Assembly (NCBI GenBank): GCA_900128395.1
Contig: LT649293.1
Coordinates: 1-44,237, forward strand
DNA: 44,237 nt
From: Stramenopiles sp. TOSAG23-2
Lineage: Eukaryota
Direction of reading: 5' to 3'
Shown: one piece after another, positions 1 through 10,299 of the stretch
How positions within the stretch are numbered: the stretch's first letter is position 1
Layout of the letters: every line of letters begins with the position of its first letter
Made by a program: the position numbers and the translations under genes
The notes under the pieces: model-generated
Databases searched by the model: none
Told to the model about the DNA's origin: nothing
Seen by the model: only the letters and a program-made list of their open reading frames with translations

Positions 1-266
1 CGAGTGTAAATAATTTAATGTTTTTTATTATTATATTAACACACGTATAATTTAATTTACGCATAATTTATTTTTAATTTACTCATGATAATTCCTACTC
101 TTCAAAAGAATAACAGAGAATATCAAAAATGATATATATGTACATAAAAATTAATATTAAAACACTGTAGTAATATGCGCCGCCCAGTAACTTTTACTAA
201 AAACATTCTTCCACCACACACACGCCTGTTTTTTCCACGAATAATATATATTTTTCTCTTTTCTTT

Positions 267-1160
267 TTAATCCTTCTTCGTTTCAACATATCTAGTACCA
301 CATAAAAAATCCATCATGCCACCGACTCCGAAATTGTATTTAAATTTCTCATGATGAATATCATGTCCTTTCGCAGCAAATACATGATAACCAGAATGTG
401 CCCCAGCGGTATTAAACAACGATAAAAAAAACCAAAAGAAAGCGGTATATGGATGGCAATTTGAAAATACAGGTCCAAGTGCAACACCTAAATGATTACC
501 GATCGTAAATTCAATTGGATTGGCATACATACATGCAACCGCTGTCGGTGCTTTAAATCGATGATGTAATTTATGAATCAGTTTGTAAAGAAATGGATAA
601 TGCAAGATTCGATGAGTTATATAAAACCAAACATCCACAGTGACAATATGTACCAACATATCGAACGGAGCCCTGTACATATTAAACTCTCTCTCTGCAT
701 AATTCATCACTATATTCTCGCCACGATATCTCTGCAAGTGAAACCAAAAATACATTAATGGTAACGTAATAACCCAAGAAAACACAATCAAATTAATATT
801 TGACAAACTCACTGCTTGTAACCATTCACTAAGAGTAAAATAAGATCTGCTATCTTGAGTCTTCCAATGTTTTAATGGCAATAAATCCATAAATGTACAT
901 AGTAATGACATAGACCAATATCCAAAAAAAGCGCTGAAAAAACATATATTGACTACATGATTTTCCAACGGGTTGTAGTGAAAATTTGCATTTGTATAAT
1001 TTGCAATAGGTTCAATACTTTGAGAGTTTTCATTGATAAATTTTGGTTGAAAATAATTTTCATAAAATGGTATAACAAAATATTGCGTTGCTAATATTGA
1101 AGTAGCAATGCTAAATGGTTGAAATCCAAACATTTTTGTGGTTATCTCTGATGTTTTCAT
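267..1160 (-). CDS. Fatty acid hydroxylase / sterol desaturase family membrane protein (C4-methylsterol oxidase-like)
   Basis: His boxes HRILH, HKLHH, H...HDIHH followed by YNFG; hydrophobic segments. Start placed at ATG 1160 (MKTSEI); the upstream ORF extension looks non-coding. Confidence 0.85.
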   Translation of the reverse strand: MKTSEITTKMFGFQPFSIATSILATQYFVIPFYENYFQPKFINENSQSIEPIANYTNANFHYNPLENHVVNICFFSAFFGYWSMSLLCTFMDLLPLKHWKTQDSRSYFTLSEWLQAVSLSNINLIVFSWVITLPLMYFWFHLQRYRGENIVMNYAEREFNMYRAPFDMLVHIVTVDVWFYITHRILHYPFLYKLIHKLHHRFKAPTAVACMYANPIEFTIGNHLGVALGPVFSNCHPYTAFFWFFLSLFNTAGAHSGYHVFAAKGHDIHHEKFKYNFGVGGMMDFLCGTRYVETKKD

Positions 1161-1712
1161 GGTTGATACAGGTGGGTCGTTGTTGTTGTTGTTATTGTTG
1201 TTGTAATTCTTGTTGTAGCTGTGAGGGCACCGTGTAAGTTCTTTTGTATTTGCAAAAGCACACACACGCGTGCAAAAACAAAAAAACATTGAATAATTGT
1301 TCTGTGATGTGATATAAAAAAAAAAGTTCTCCATCACAATTCCTCGTATTAGAGGGTAGCACTGCGTACCCTTCTCCTTAACTTCGCTTCTCTCCTCATT
1401 CCATTTCAACTGGAGTAAATCATATAATTAAGGTATTGTTGTTTTTGTACAAGAAGACGAACTTAATATCATATTTTTTCGTACCATTAATTAGCTCGTA
1501 GACACTAGTATACTGTAAGTATTATAGATCTACCACAACCAACACTTCTTTTTTTTTTATTTAAATAATCTCCTCGCACCCTCCATATATGTATATTGTG
1601 ACAATAACGATAAACATAGGAGTATAATTCATTTTTATCTCCCCACAAAGTTCTTCAAAATACAACATCGATATCACTAGATAAATCTGCAAATCAAAAT
1701 AATATTTACATT

Positions 1713-4532
1713 ATGGATGATATTAAAAAACAGGTGAGTAAAAAAAAAAAAGAAGGCGATTCTGATTTTAAACGTGGTAAAATATCTTTTGCTGCGGAAG
1801 CATATCGTTCAGCATTACGTTTGATCAATTCAACACCAGAATCTAAAAAGAAGCTAAAAGCATGGACAGCAATCATATCAGGCATGTTAAGTACATGTTA
1901 CGTGAAACAAGGTTCATGGAAAGAAGCAATTCAATTTGCTGACGATGCTATTGAATTAAGCAAAGGTAAAAATGTTAAAGCATATATAGCAAAAACTGTT
2001 GCTAGTGATAAGATAGGGGAGTTAAATGTAGCATTAGAAACAGGGACGAAAGCACTTGAATTGGATAAGTCGTTACATGAAATACAATTAATTACACATC
2101 GCTGTTCGATACTTTTAAACGGTGTAATAAAAGGACCGAAACCTCGCTCGAGTGATTTTGGACAACTATCTACTCTTGGCGAAGGTAATTACTCAGATGT
2201 TTTTAAAGTTAAGTCTATTTGGACAAATCAAATTTTTGCATTAAAAGTTTTATCTTTAGATAAAGTAAAGAAAAAAGAAAAACGTCATAAAAATATTAAA
2301 AATGAAATTATGATGGAACGAGAGGTATTATTAAATCTAAACCATCCAAACATAGTAAAATTATATCATACTTTTGGTGATGTTGCTGCGTTGTATTATT
2401 TATTTGATTATACGGAAAATATGGAAGAATTATGGAGTTTAATGTTAGGTAGTAAATCGAAAAAATATCAAATTGGTTTACAAGAAAGTTATGCTAGGTA
2501 TTTATTTGCACAATTAATTAACGGGATTGAATATTTACATCGTGAAGGTATTGTACATCGAGATTTAAAACCTGAAAATATTATGGTAAAGCCAAATGGG
2601 CATTTAATCATCATAGATTTTGGTACTTGTAAAAACTTAATAAATACAAAGTTCAATGGTCCAGAATTTGTTGGTACGGCTGAATACATGTCGCCAGAAG
2701 CTATAGATAATATAGGAACAGATACAAATTCAGATTTATGGAGTATTGGATGCATATTATACCAAATGTTACTTGGACCAGTGCCATTTAAAGGTGGTAG
2801 TGAATATTACACATTTTTAAGAGTTCAAAATGGTCTTCCATTTGATATTTATCCAGGTACAGTATCACAAGAAGGTTTAGATTTAATTATGTCGTTATTG
2901 AAGCGAGATCCGAAAAATCGTATTGGTTACCATGAGCCACCTCCAAGTCCATGTACGAGGGAAACATATAGGAACGCTATTAATTACGATATGATAAAAA
3001 AGCATTCCTTCTTCAGCACTTCATACGCTGGCCATACACCAATTAATTTCAATACGATAGAAAAAGTTGATGTGTTGAAAAATGGAAAACCACCATTGCA
3101 AACATTAACTGAATTGTATTTAGAAGGTGTTTGTGAAAGTGCAATGAAAGGTTTACGACCAAAATTATATAAATTAAACAATAAAATACGTAACAAAGTA
3201 AAGCATTACTTTAGGATAAGGCGTAAATTGAAGGAGCCTGACGTTGTCCGATTATTTTATAAAAATAGAATGGACGCAACCTTTGCAAAAATTGAAGATC
3301 GTAGCGTTCTTGGTTACAGTCAAGCCGAAGGGTGTAATTTTGTCCGTCCATTTTATTTTGTACAAGTATCACATCCATCCATTGGTATCTCATTAGATTC
3401 GCCTCAAGCTGAACGATTAAAACATTTAATTGAAGCAGTAAATAACATTAAGCCACGTCCAGCTTTTTTCATATGCATTGGAGATTTAACTGAACATAGT
3501 TGCGAAGCGGAAGATGATGAAGATAATGTTAGGTATCAGCTAGAAGTTGCTAATTACAAAACATTGCTATGTAAACTAGCACCTACAATTACTGTTATAT
3601 CCGTTGGAAGCGAGAAGAATTATGGAAAAGCTCCATTAACAGAGAACAAAATTATGCGATATCGAAAAGATTTCGGCGAGGATTATTTTAGATTTTGGAA
3701 AAGTGGTATATGTTTTATTGTTATCAACAGCGTTTTGTTAGAATCCATTAAAGATGATTTTATAGATGCAAATGATAATGTAGAAGAAACTGAAGTTGAT
3801 TCAAGCAAGGTAATGGTAAATCGTTGGAAACACTTCAATGAAAATTATAAAGATAAAACATTATGGGGGAAGCATGTCCAGTGGATTAAGCAAACGCTGT
3901 TTTTGGCACGAACAAATTCCAAACAAGCCGTTTTACTTAGTAATCATGTATTGAAAACAAACGAAGATAATAATTTGAATCCTCAATTGCCAAGTTATTA
4001 TACTGATTTTTTAATTGAAAAAATGAAGTGGAGTTATTGCAAGACTGCAATTAGTCCACATAAAACTCGAAATAGTCGGATTGTTGATAAAACAACTTCT
4101 GAAGGCTACGAGGCAAATGATATTTCATGTTTAACTACCATGGCCTCTGATGGATTCCGCTTAGTCCGTATGTTTGATGATTCTATTCGCACGGCATACC
4201 ATACGCTTGGTTCAAGTATGATAAAAACAGTCAGTCTGAAACCAGAGGATAATGTCGAAACTGTCGTCATAAATGAAGATGTTAGTAATAATAATTCATT
4301 ACAATTTAAAAATCAAACGGATTATGATGCACATTTAGATGCATTAGGAAATCAAATCGACAACGCTAAGGATGAAAAAGATATTGAAGTATCATTAGAA
4401 GGTTTAAATATCGCACCAAGTAATTTAGTTCAATTAGATAACGATATTACTAACGGTGAGGATAGTGATGATAGCGATGATGATGATGGGGAGCTTGTTG
4501 TAGAAGATGTAACCAACAAGCAGGAGAGTTAA
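1713..4532 (+). CDS. TPR repeats + PDK1-like AGC Ser/Thr kinase + degenerate CPPED1-like calcineurin-type metallophosphoesterase domain
   Basis: About three N-terminal TPR-like helix pairs. Kinase motifs LGEGNYS, FALK, HRDLKPEN, DFG, FVGTAEYMSPE, DLWSIG, and FKGGSEY (PDK1-type). C-terminal PFYF, PRPAFFICIGDL, DFGEDYFRFW, FIVINS and GFRLVRM are colinear with CPPED1 as recalled. Confidence 0.85.
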   Translation: MDDIKKQVSKKKKEGDSDFKRGKISFAAEAYRSALRLINSTPESKKKLKAWTAIISGMLSTCYVKQGSWKEAIQFADDAIELSKGKNVKAYIAKTVASDKIGELNVALETGTKALELDKSLHEIQLITHRCSILLNGVIKGPKPRSSDFGQLSTLGEGNYSDVFKVKSIWTNQIFALKVLSLDKVKKKEKRHKNIKNEIMMEREVLLNLNHPNIVKLYHTFGDVAALYYLFDYTENMEELWSLMLGSKSKKYQIGLQESYARYLFAQLINGIEYLHREGIVHRDLKPENIMVKPNGHLIIIDFGTCKNLINTKFNGPEFVGTAEYMSPEAIDNIGTDTNSDLWSIGCILYQMLLGPVPFKGGSEYYTFLRVQNGLPFDIYPGTVSQEGLDLIMSLLKRDPKNRIGYHEPPPSPCTRETYRNAINYDMIKKHSFFSTSYAGHTPINFNTIEKVDVLKNGKPPLQTLTELYLEGVCESAMKGLRPKLYKLNNKIRNKVKHYFRIRRKLKEPDVVRLFYKNRMDATFAKIEDRSVLGYSQAEGCNFVRPFYFVQVSHPSIGISLDSPQAERLKHLIEAVNNIKPRPAFFICIGDLTEHSCEAEDDEDNVRYQLEVANYKTLLCKLAPTITVISVGSEKNYGKAPLTENKIMRYRKDFGEDYFRFWKSGICFIVINSVLLESIKDDFIDANDNVEETEVDSSKVMVNRWKHFNENYKDKTLWGKHVQWIKQTLFLARTNSKQAVLLSNHVLKTNEDNNLNPQLPSYYTDFLIEKMKWSYCKTAISPHKTRNSRIVDKTTSEGYEANDISCLTTMASDGFRLVRMFDDSIRTAYHTLGSSMIKTVSLKPEDNVETVVINEDVSNNNSLQFKNQTDYDAHLDALGNQIDNAKDEKDIEVSLEGLNIAPSNLVQLDNDITNGEDSDDSDDDDGELVVEDVTNKQES

Positions 4533-4889
4533 TTATATGATAACACGCACACATAATATATTTTTGAGTGTAAATGTGGTGTTATATATTTAATACTCGT
4601 ACGAAGCAGTAGATAAAATAACACTTCTATTGCTGGTTTCCCCATTTTGAATGTATTTTTTTTTATTTTATTTAATATCCTTCCTCTCCAGCTCTCTCTA
4701 ATATCTATGTATATATATATTTGTAATATCATAATATATTATGATAATGAAATACCTACTTTTTCCTACATACTACACATAAAACGTAATCTTTTCTCCT
4801 TTTTTTTCTTTTCCCTTTTTAATTTCAATTATTGCTTTGCTCATTTTCTACTTATATATATGAGATTATAGCAAAAAAAGAAAATTAAA

Positions 4890-5684
4890 TTACATACTTT
4901 TTGGTGCATTGTAATCAAATCCAAATCTTAATGGATCATTTGTAAAAGCCAATATATAAATAATTGCGCCGAAAAGTGCACCTATAACTGGAGCAATCAT
5001 GTAAATTACTAAATTTGCTTCAAAGTTCCATGCAACAACCACAGGTGAAAATGCCCGTACAGGATTGAATGATGCACCTGTGAATGGGTATGCAAAGATT
5101 TGTAATGCACACATGGCTAAGCCAATAGCCATAGGTGCTGATACATTTTTAGCGATTACAGAACGGGTTCTGCATGTATTTGTTAATATAACCCAAGTTA
5201 AAAAGAAAGTGCCAAAGACTTCAAATACGAAACCACTGCCAACTGTACTACCATAATTAAGTTGTGGCGCACCAATTTTTGTTACACCAGTTGCTGCATT
5301 TGGAATCGTAGCAACTACTAAAGCAGCGCCAAACAGCCCACCAGCAAATTGTGCTATCAAGAAAAAAATGACACGACTGATGTCTTTACCATTCTTTTCT
5401 GAACCCCATTGATAACGCCCATGTGATGCATTCGTCAAGCCAATAGCTAAAGTAACAGCTGGGTTCATATAACCAACACCATATCTTGTAGTAATTTGTG
5501 TTAAATAAAGTAATACTGTATACGCTAAACCTTGTGTTAACGCAATAACAACTAGTCGCGGTGAGTTCAATTCATCGAATGTTACATTACCAGTGGATGT
5601 AACTATACCACAACATATGAATACATATAATGCGGTTGCTAGAAATTCTGTAAATACAGCCCTCCATTCAGTTTGGTCTGGCAT
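4890..5684 (-). CDS. Aquaporin (MIP family)
   Basis: TEFLAT, MNPAVT, FEVFGTF, TGASFNPVRAF and APVIGA motifs; six hydrophobic helices. Confidence 0.95.
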   Translation of the reverse strand: MPDQTEWRAVFTEFLATALYVFICCGIVTSTGNVTFDELNSPRLVVIALTQGLAYTVLLYLTQITTRYGVGYMNPAVTLAIGLTNASHGRYQWGSEKNGKDISRVIFFLIAQFAGGLFGAALVVATIPNAATGVTKIGAPQLNYGSTVGSGFVFEVFGTFFLTWVILTNTCRTRSVIAKNVSAPMAIGLAMCALQIFAYPFTGASFNPVRAFSPVVVAWNFEANLVIYMIAPVIGALFGAIIYILAFTNDPLRFGFDYNAPKSM

Positions 5685-6460
5685 GTTTCTTAATTTTTTA
5701 TCTAGTATATTATACTATTTATGATTAAATATCTATATGATACTTAACTGTTAGACAATTATATAATCGTATATCTATATATATATGCCAATTAATTTAT
5801 CTTTTTTTATGAATGATAATTGTTACAACTAAATTTCTTTGAATTGTTTCCAATTGTGTTTGTGTAGTATCATACAGACAGACAGACATTGTATGTACAT
5901 ATCATATATATATATTTGGATCTGGTGCCAATTATTATTATTAATCTAATTAAACAACTTGTACAAAAATAATAAATAAATATGATGATGATGATGATAT
6001 TCACACAGTATTCCTGTGGTATTACATGGTACCAGGTAGTAGAATTAGAAAAAAGATTTAGATTGATGCTGGATTGCCAGATTGCCATCTATGGCCAGTT
6101 AGTTGTTACCTGGTATTAAATATCGAGTGAATAGCATTGTATATTAAAATGATGATAACCATGATAGCAAAAAAAATCGTCGTCTATGTACTTACCCCGT
6201 ATACTTATATTAGATTAAAAAATCGACATGTACATATAGGAGAGCTAACGAAACAACTATACAAAACAGTACAAAATATATCATTCCTCATTTTGATCTA
6301 AAAAACTACTAAAAAGGGAGGGGATTAATCAACAAATAGCGATTATATAAACATATTTACATTTGTAACACATATATATATAATAGTAAATACAATTTAA
6401 TTCTTTTATATATTACATATATATGTACAATTGAAAGGAGGATAGGAAAAAAGAATAAAA

Positions 6461-7594
6461 ATGATGAAATATATTGTATTCGCATTAATAGTATTGATAG
6501 GAACCACCCATGGTGCAGATACACGCACTGGTGCTGCACCACCAACCATGAGAGCTAAAGATTTAAACTTGATAGTTGACGCAGATGGTCTTGGAAAAGC
6601 AGATTTAACTTTTCAACTTGGTTCAGAAACGAAAAATATGTATAAGATAGTACATACTTCAGAAGAGAACGATGTGTTAAATGTCAAATTGGATGATGGT
6701 TCTGCAGTTTTGAAAATCATGGGTGCTTCATCTGGTAAAACATTAGGAGAAGCAGCAACTACTTTACTTGAAACGGAACGTCTAAACAAGGCGAAAAAAG
6801 CTTTAAATAAACTAAACAACAACAACCATAAACGTTCGTTGTTGCAAGCTGACGACAAGTTGGTGCAAACAGTTGCAGAAAAATCAGAAAATATTTCTTA
6901 CAGTCGTATGATCGTAGCACCAAAAGGGAAATTAAGTACCAATGGAAAAATTCAATCTTTACAAGATGGAAAAGTAACCGTGCAAAACGAGAATCAATGG
7001 AAAATGGTAGTGGAGGAAGATTTCACGAAAGGTACTGTTGAGGAGTGGGTACGTGAAACTGGCCAAGATATGAATATTAGTGTTAATGATCAAGTCTCCA
7101 CATGTGCTAAATTTCCACATGGCGACTCTGATTACTTTTTAGGTGCATTCTCGAACGTTCGTGTGAAGAAAACTTTCGCATTGCCATTTCATGAACAAGT
7201 ACGTATAACGGCACGTGTTCATTTCCTAGACATGTGGGAAGGTGAAATAATGTATTTAAAAACTGATAATGGTTTAAAATGGAGTAGAGCACATAAATGG
7301 TGTAAAGAATTCCCAGAGAAGAAATGCCAGCCAACATCTGTTATTGAAACAGGTGCATTAGATTCATGTGGCGACCCAAACTTTTCGGATACACTGTCCG
7401 TACCAGTAGATATTTCCTTCCCTGCTGAAGGTAAAAGTGGCGTAACACTCGAGTTCGGTGGTGTATTAACTGATGGTAATACATGTAAAACGAAACAAGA
7501 TTGTGCAAAAAATAGTTTTGAATGTAATCAAGGTTTTTGTGTAAATACAAAAGCAACTTGGGGGTTAGATGATGTGAGGATTTATATAAAGTAA
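6461..7594 (+). CDS. Secreted Cys-containing hypothetical protein
   Basis: 377-aa ORF with a signal-peptide-like start (MMKYIVFALIVLIGTTHGA) and a Cys/Trp-rich C-terminal domain ending WGLDDVRIYIK. Confidence 0.7.
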   Translation: MMKYIVFALIVLIGTTHGADTRTGAAPPTMRAKDLNLIVDADGLGKADLTFQLGSETKNMYKIVHTSEENDVLNVKLDDGSAVLKIMGASSGKTLGEAATTLLETERLNKAKKALNKLNNNNHKRSLLQADDKLVQTVAEKSENISYSRMIVAPKGKLSTNGKIQSLQDGKVTVQNENQWKMVVEEDFTKGTVEEWVRETGQDMNISVNDQVSTCAKFPHGDSDYFLGAFSNVRVKKTFALPFHEQVRITARVHFLDMWEGEIMYLKTDNGLKWSRAHKWCKEFPEKKCQPTSVIETGALDSCGDPNFSDTLSVPVDISFPAEGKSGVTLEFGGVLTDGNTCKTKQDCAKNSFECNQGFCVNTKATWGLDDVRIYIK

Positions 7595-7908
7595 AATAAT
7601 ATATATTACATATTCGTATATATTATATATATATATACACTTCGTATATTAATATTTATGCGCAGATCATTTTATATATATTCTCGTAATATTTACATTC
7701 GTATTACTTAACACGAGAAGTGTAAAATTATTATTATAAAAACTTATGGGCATAGATTTTAAGCTTAACCATCATTATTAATATTACACGAATATTATGA
7801 TACACACGAATATTTTATTTTTTTATAAAAACAGATATTTTAAAATATTAATCTTGTGATGCGCGCTCTTTCTTCTTATCATACGTAATTTTTTTCTTCT
7901 TGACCCTC

Positions 7909-10072
7909 TCAATGTTTGGAAAATTTCCTTCTTTTATTATTACGTTTTTTCTTATCATATCCACTTGTAGTACTAATCTGTTCACGCTTCGGTGCATATT
8001 TTTTCATGTATCTTTTTTCATTCTTATTCGTTTTTTTTAACTTTAACATCCAATCTGGCACATCATCACAACCACTTATTTTCATTACATTTGCAATACT
8101 TCTTAAATATTTCATGTCATTTTCCGTGAAAAAAGTAATTGCTTTGCCTTTACGCCCAGCACGCCCAGTACGTCCAATACGATGTACATAACTGACGGTA
8201 CTTTGTGGAAAATCATAATTAATAACACAATTCACTCCTTTGAAATCCATACCACGTGCCATTAAATCGGTGGCGATCAATACCCAGATTTCACCAATAC
8301 GAAATTTCTTAATGATGGTATCACGTTGATTTTTGGTTCTATCAGCATGTATTACATCCACATTTATGCCATCGTATACTAATTCTTTATATAATGCAGT
8401 TGCACGATCTTTACTTTGTACAAACATGATGACAGGCGGTGTCATACCACCTTCTTGAATAAGTTGTCTCATGGCAATTAATTTGCCTTCTTCACGACCA
8501 ACAAATACCAATTTCTGCTCGATAGTTTCAGTCGCAGCACCACGTTGTCCAATTTGCACACGCACTGGATCGATTAAAACAGATTTCACCAACTCTTCAA
8601 TACCTTCAGGCATGGTTGCACTAAACATACTACGTTGCAACTGCTTTTGTTCCTCCACTGTTGTACCACATGCATTTATAATCTCATCAACTTGTTCCAA
8701 AAATCCATCTTCAAATAATTTATCAGCTTCATCTAATATTAAACATTTTAAATCTTTCAATGATAATAAATTTTCTTTTAACACTGTTAATAAACGTAGT
8801 GGTGTTGCAATCAATAAATCAAATTGTTGCCTAGCTATTGGCTTGACGAATGCATCACATGGGCGTTATCAATGGGGTTCAGAAAAGAATGGTAAAGACA
8901 TCAGTCGTGTCATTTTTTTCTTGATAGCACAATTTGCTGGTGGGCTGTTTGCTATGATTCGATAATAATTTTACAGATGATAAAACCGATGCTTTAAACT
9001 TTTTTCCAAAACTTAATCTTTGAAAATCACGAAAAATTTGTCCAGCGAGTTCTCTAGTAGGTGTTAATACTAATGCTTTCGTTGTTGCTACGGTCATTGA
9101 ATCAACTGTTGATTGTTTATTTTTTCTAATAGATGCATTGATATTGCTTACAGGTCGCTTTAAAACATGACCGATTAATGGTATTAAAAACGCTGCGGTT
9201 TTACCACTACCAGTTGGTGCAACAGCTACAATGTCTCTTCCATCCATCATGACGGGTATTGCTTGCATTTGTATTGGAGTTGGTTCTTTATATCTAGAAC
9301 TTTCAATATTGCTTAATAATATTCTACGTACATGTTCATCTTTTTTTCCACCATGAAAGTAAATCGATTCAAATGTTTCAGCTGGTTTTGGTATCATATT
9401 ACCTTTGACATGAATGCGCATACGGCGCCTAAATGCATTTATTAATTCTAATTGATGTTTCAATTCATTTGTTTTGTCATTTATATTTCTAGATCCTGTT
9501 TTTTTATTTCCATTTTTGTTTACATTGTTATCACTATGGGATGGCTGATCTTTCCAACCACGAGATTCAGTTGTGTTGGCACTGTACATAGATATTTTAT
9601 TTAAACCATCATCATCATCATCATCATCAGAGCTATGCATATCACCAGCTTGATCACCTCCCTTTCGTTTCGATTTCTTCTTCTTCTTCTTCTTCTTTTT
9701 TGATTTTTTATGTTTACCACCACTATCTTTTTCCTCATCATCCGAGGGCCAACTTATAATTGATTTTCCCATACCATTATTTGTGTTCTGTTTCGAATTA
9801 TTTTGCTTCTTCTTCTCCTTTTTCCCTTTATTTTGTTCCGATGGTTCCCTGTTGTTAAAATTATTATCATCAAAAGTATCATTATTGAAAAAATCTATAG
9901 TTTCAGCTGGTGTAATTTCCTTTTGTCCATTATTATTATTGAAAAAATCAAGTTGATTTCTACTTTCTTGACTTCTTTTTTGACCAGAATTGAATAATTC
10001 AATTTGTTCACCAAATCTTTTCTTATTAAATCTGGCACCAGCATTTAATGAATTGAACAATGCATCTTCCAT
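7909..10072 (-). CDS. DDX52: DEAD-box RNA helicase DDX52/ROK1, split into two ORFs by an inverted aquaporin fragment at 8832-8951
   Basis: ORF 8879-10072 has the Q motif PTPIQMQAIP, APTGSGKT and PTRELA. ORF 7909-8814 has TPLRL, DEAD, SAT, ARGMDFKGV and HRIGRTGRAG, plus ROK1-type EEGKLIAMRQ, PPVIMFVQSKDRA and RSIANVMK. Confidence 0.88.
8832..8951 (+). repeat. 120-bp inverted copy of aquaporin coding sequence 5330-5449
   Basis: Identical by inspection to the reverse complement of 5330-5449; ORF 8471-8965 carries the aquaporin peptide LAIGLTNASHGRYQWGSEK...AGGLF. Confidence 0.97.
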
Positions 10073-10299
10073 GATATTTATGTAAGTGTATATATTGTTA
10101 ATGTCAAAAGATATTAGTCAATATTCCTTTGGATTCTTTTGGATGATGATGTATCAGTACCAATAGCAATAATATATCAAAACATAAAACTATAGAAAGA
10201 ATAATTTAAAAAACATTATTTTATACTTAGCATTTGAATATATATATACAATCTATCCATTCCATCGTTCATCAAACGTCTGTATCATATTGGCTTGAA

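Noticed and set aside
6028-6117. Possible stem TACCAGGTA / TACCTGGTA in a divergent spacer
   Set aside because: Only a 9-bp perfect stem with no second copy or covariation; compatible with chance.
8471-8965. 164-aa ORF containing an aquaporin peptide as a second aquaporin
   Set aside because: It is antisense to DDX52 and only reads through the 120-bp insert.
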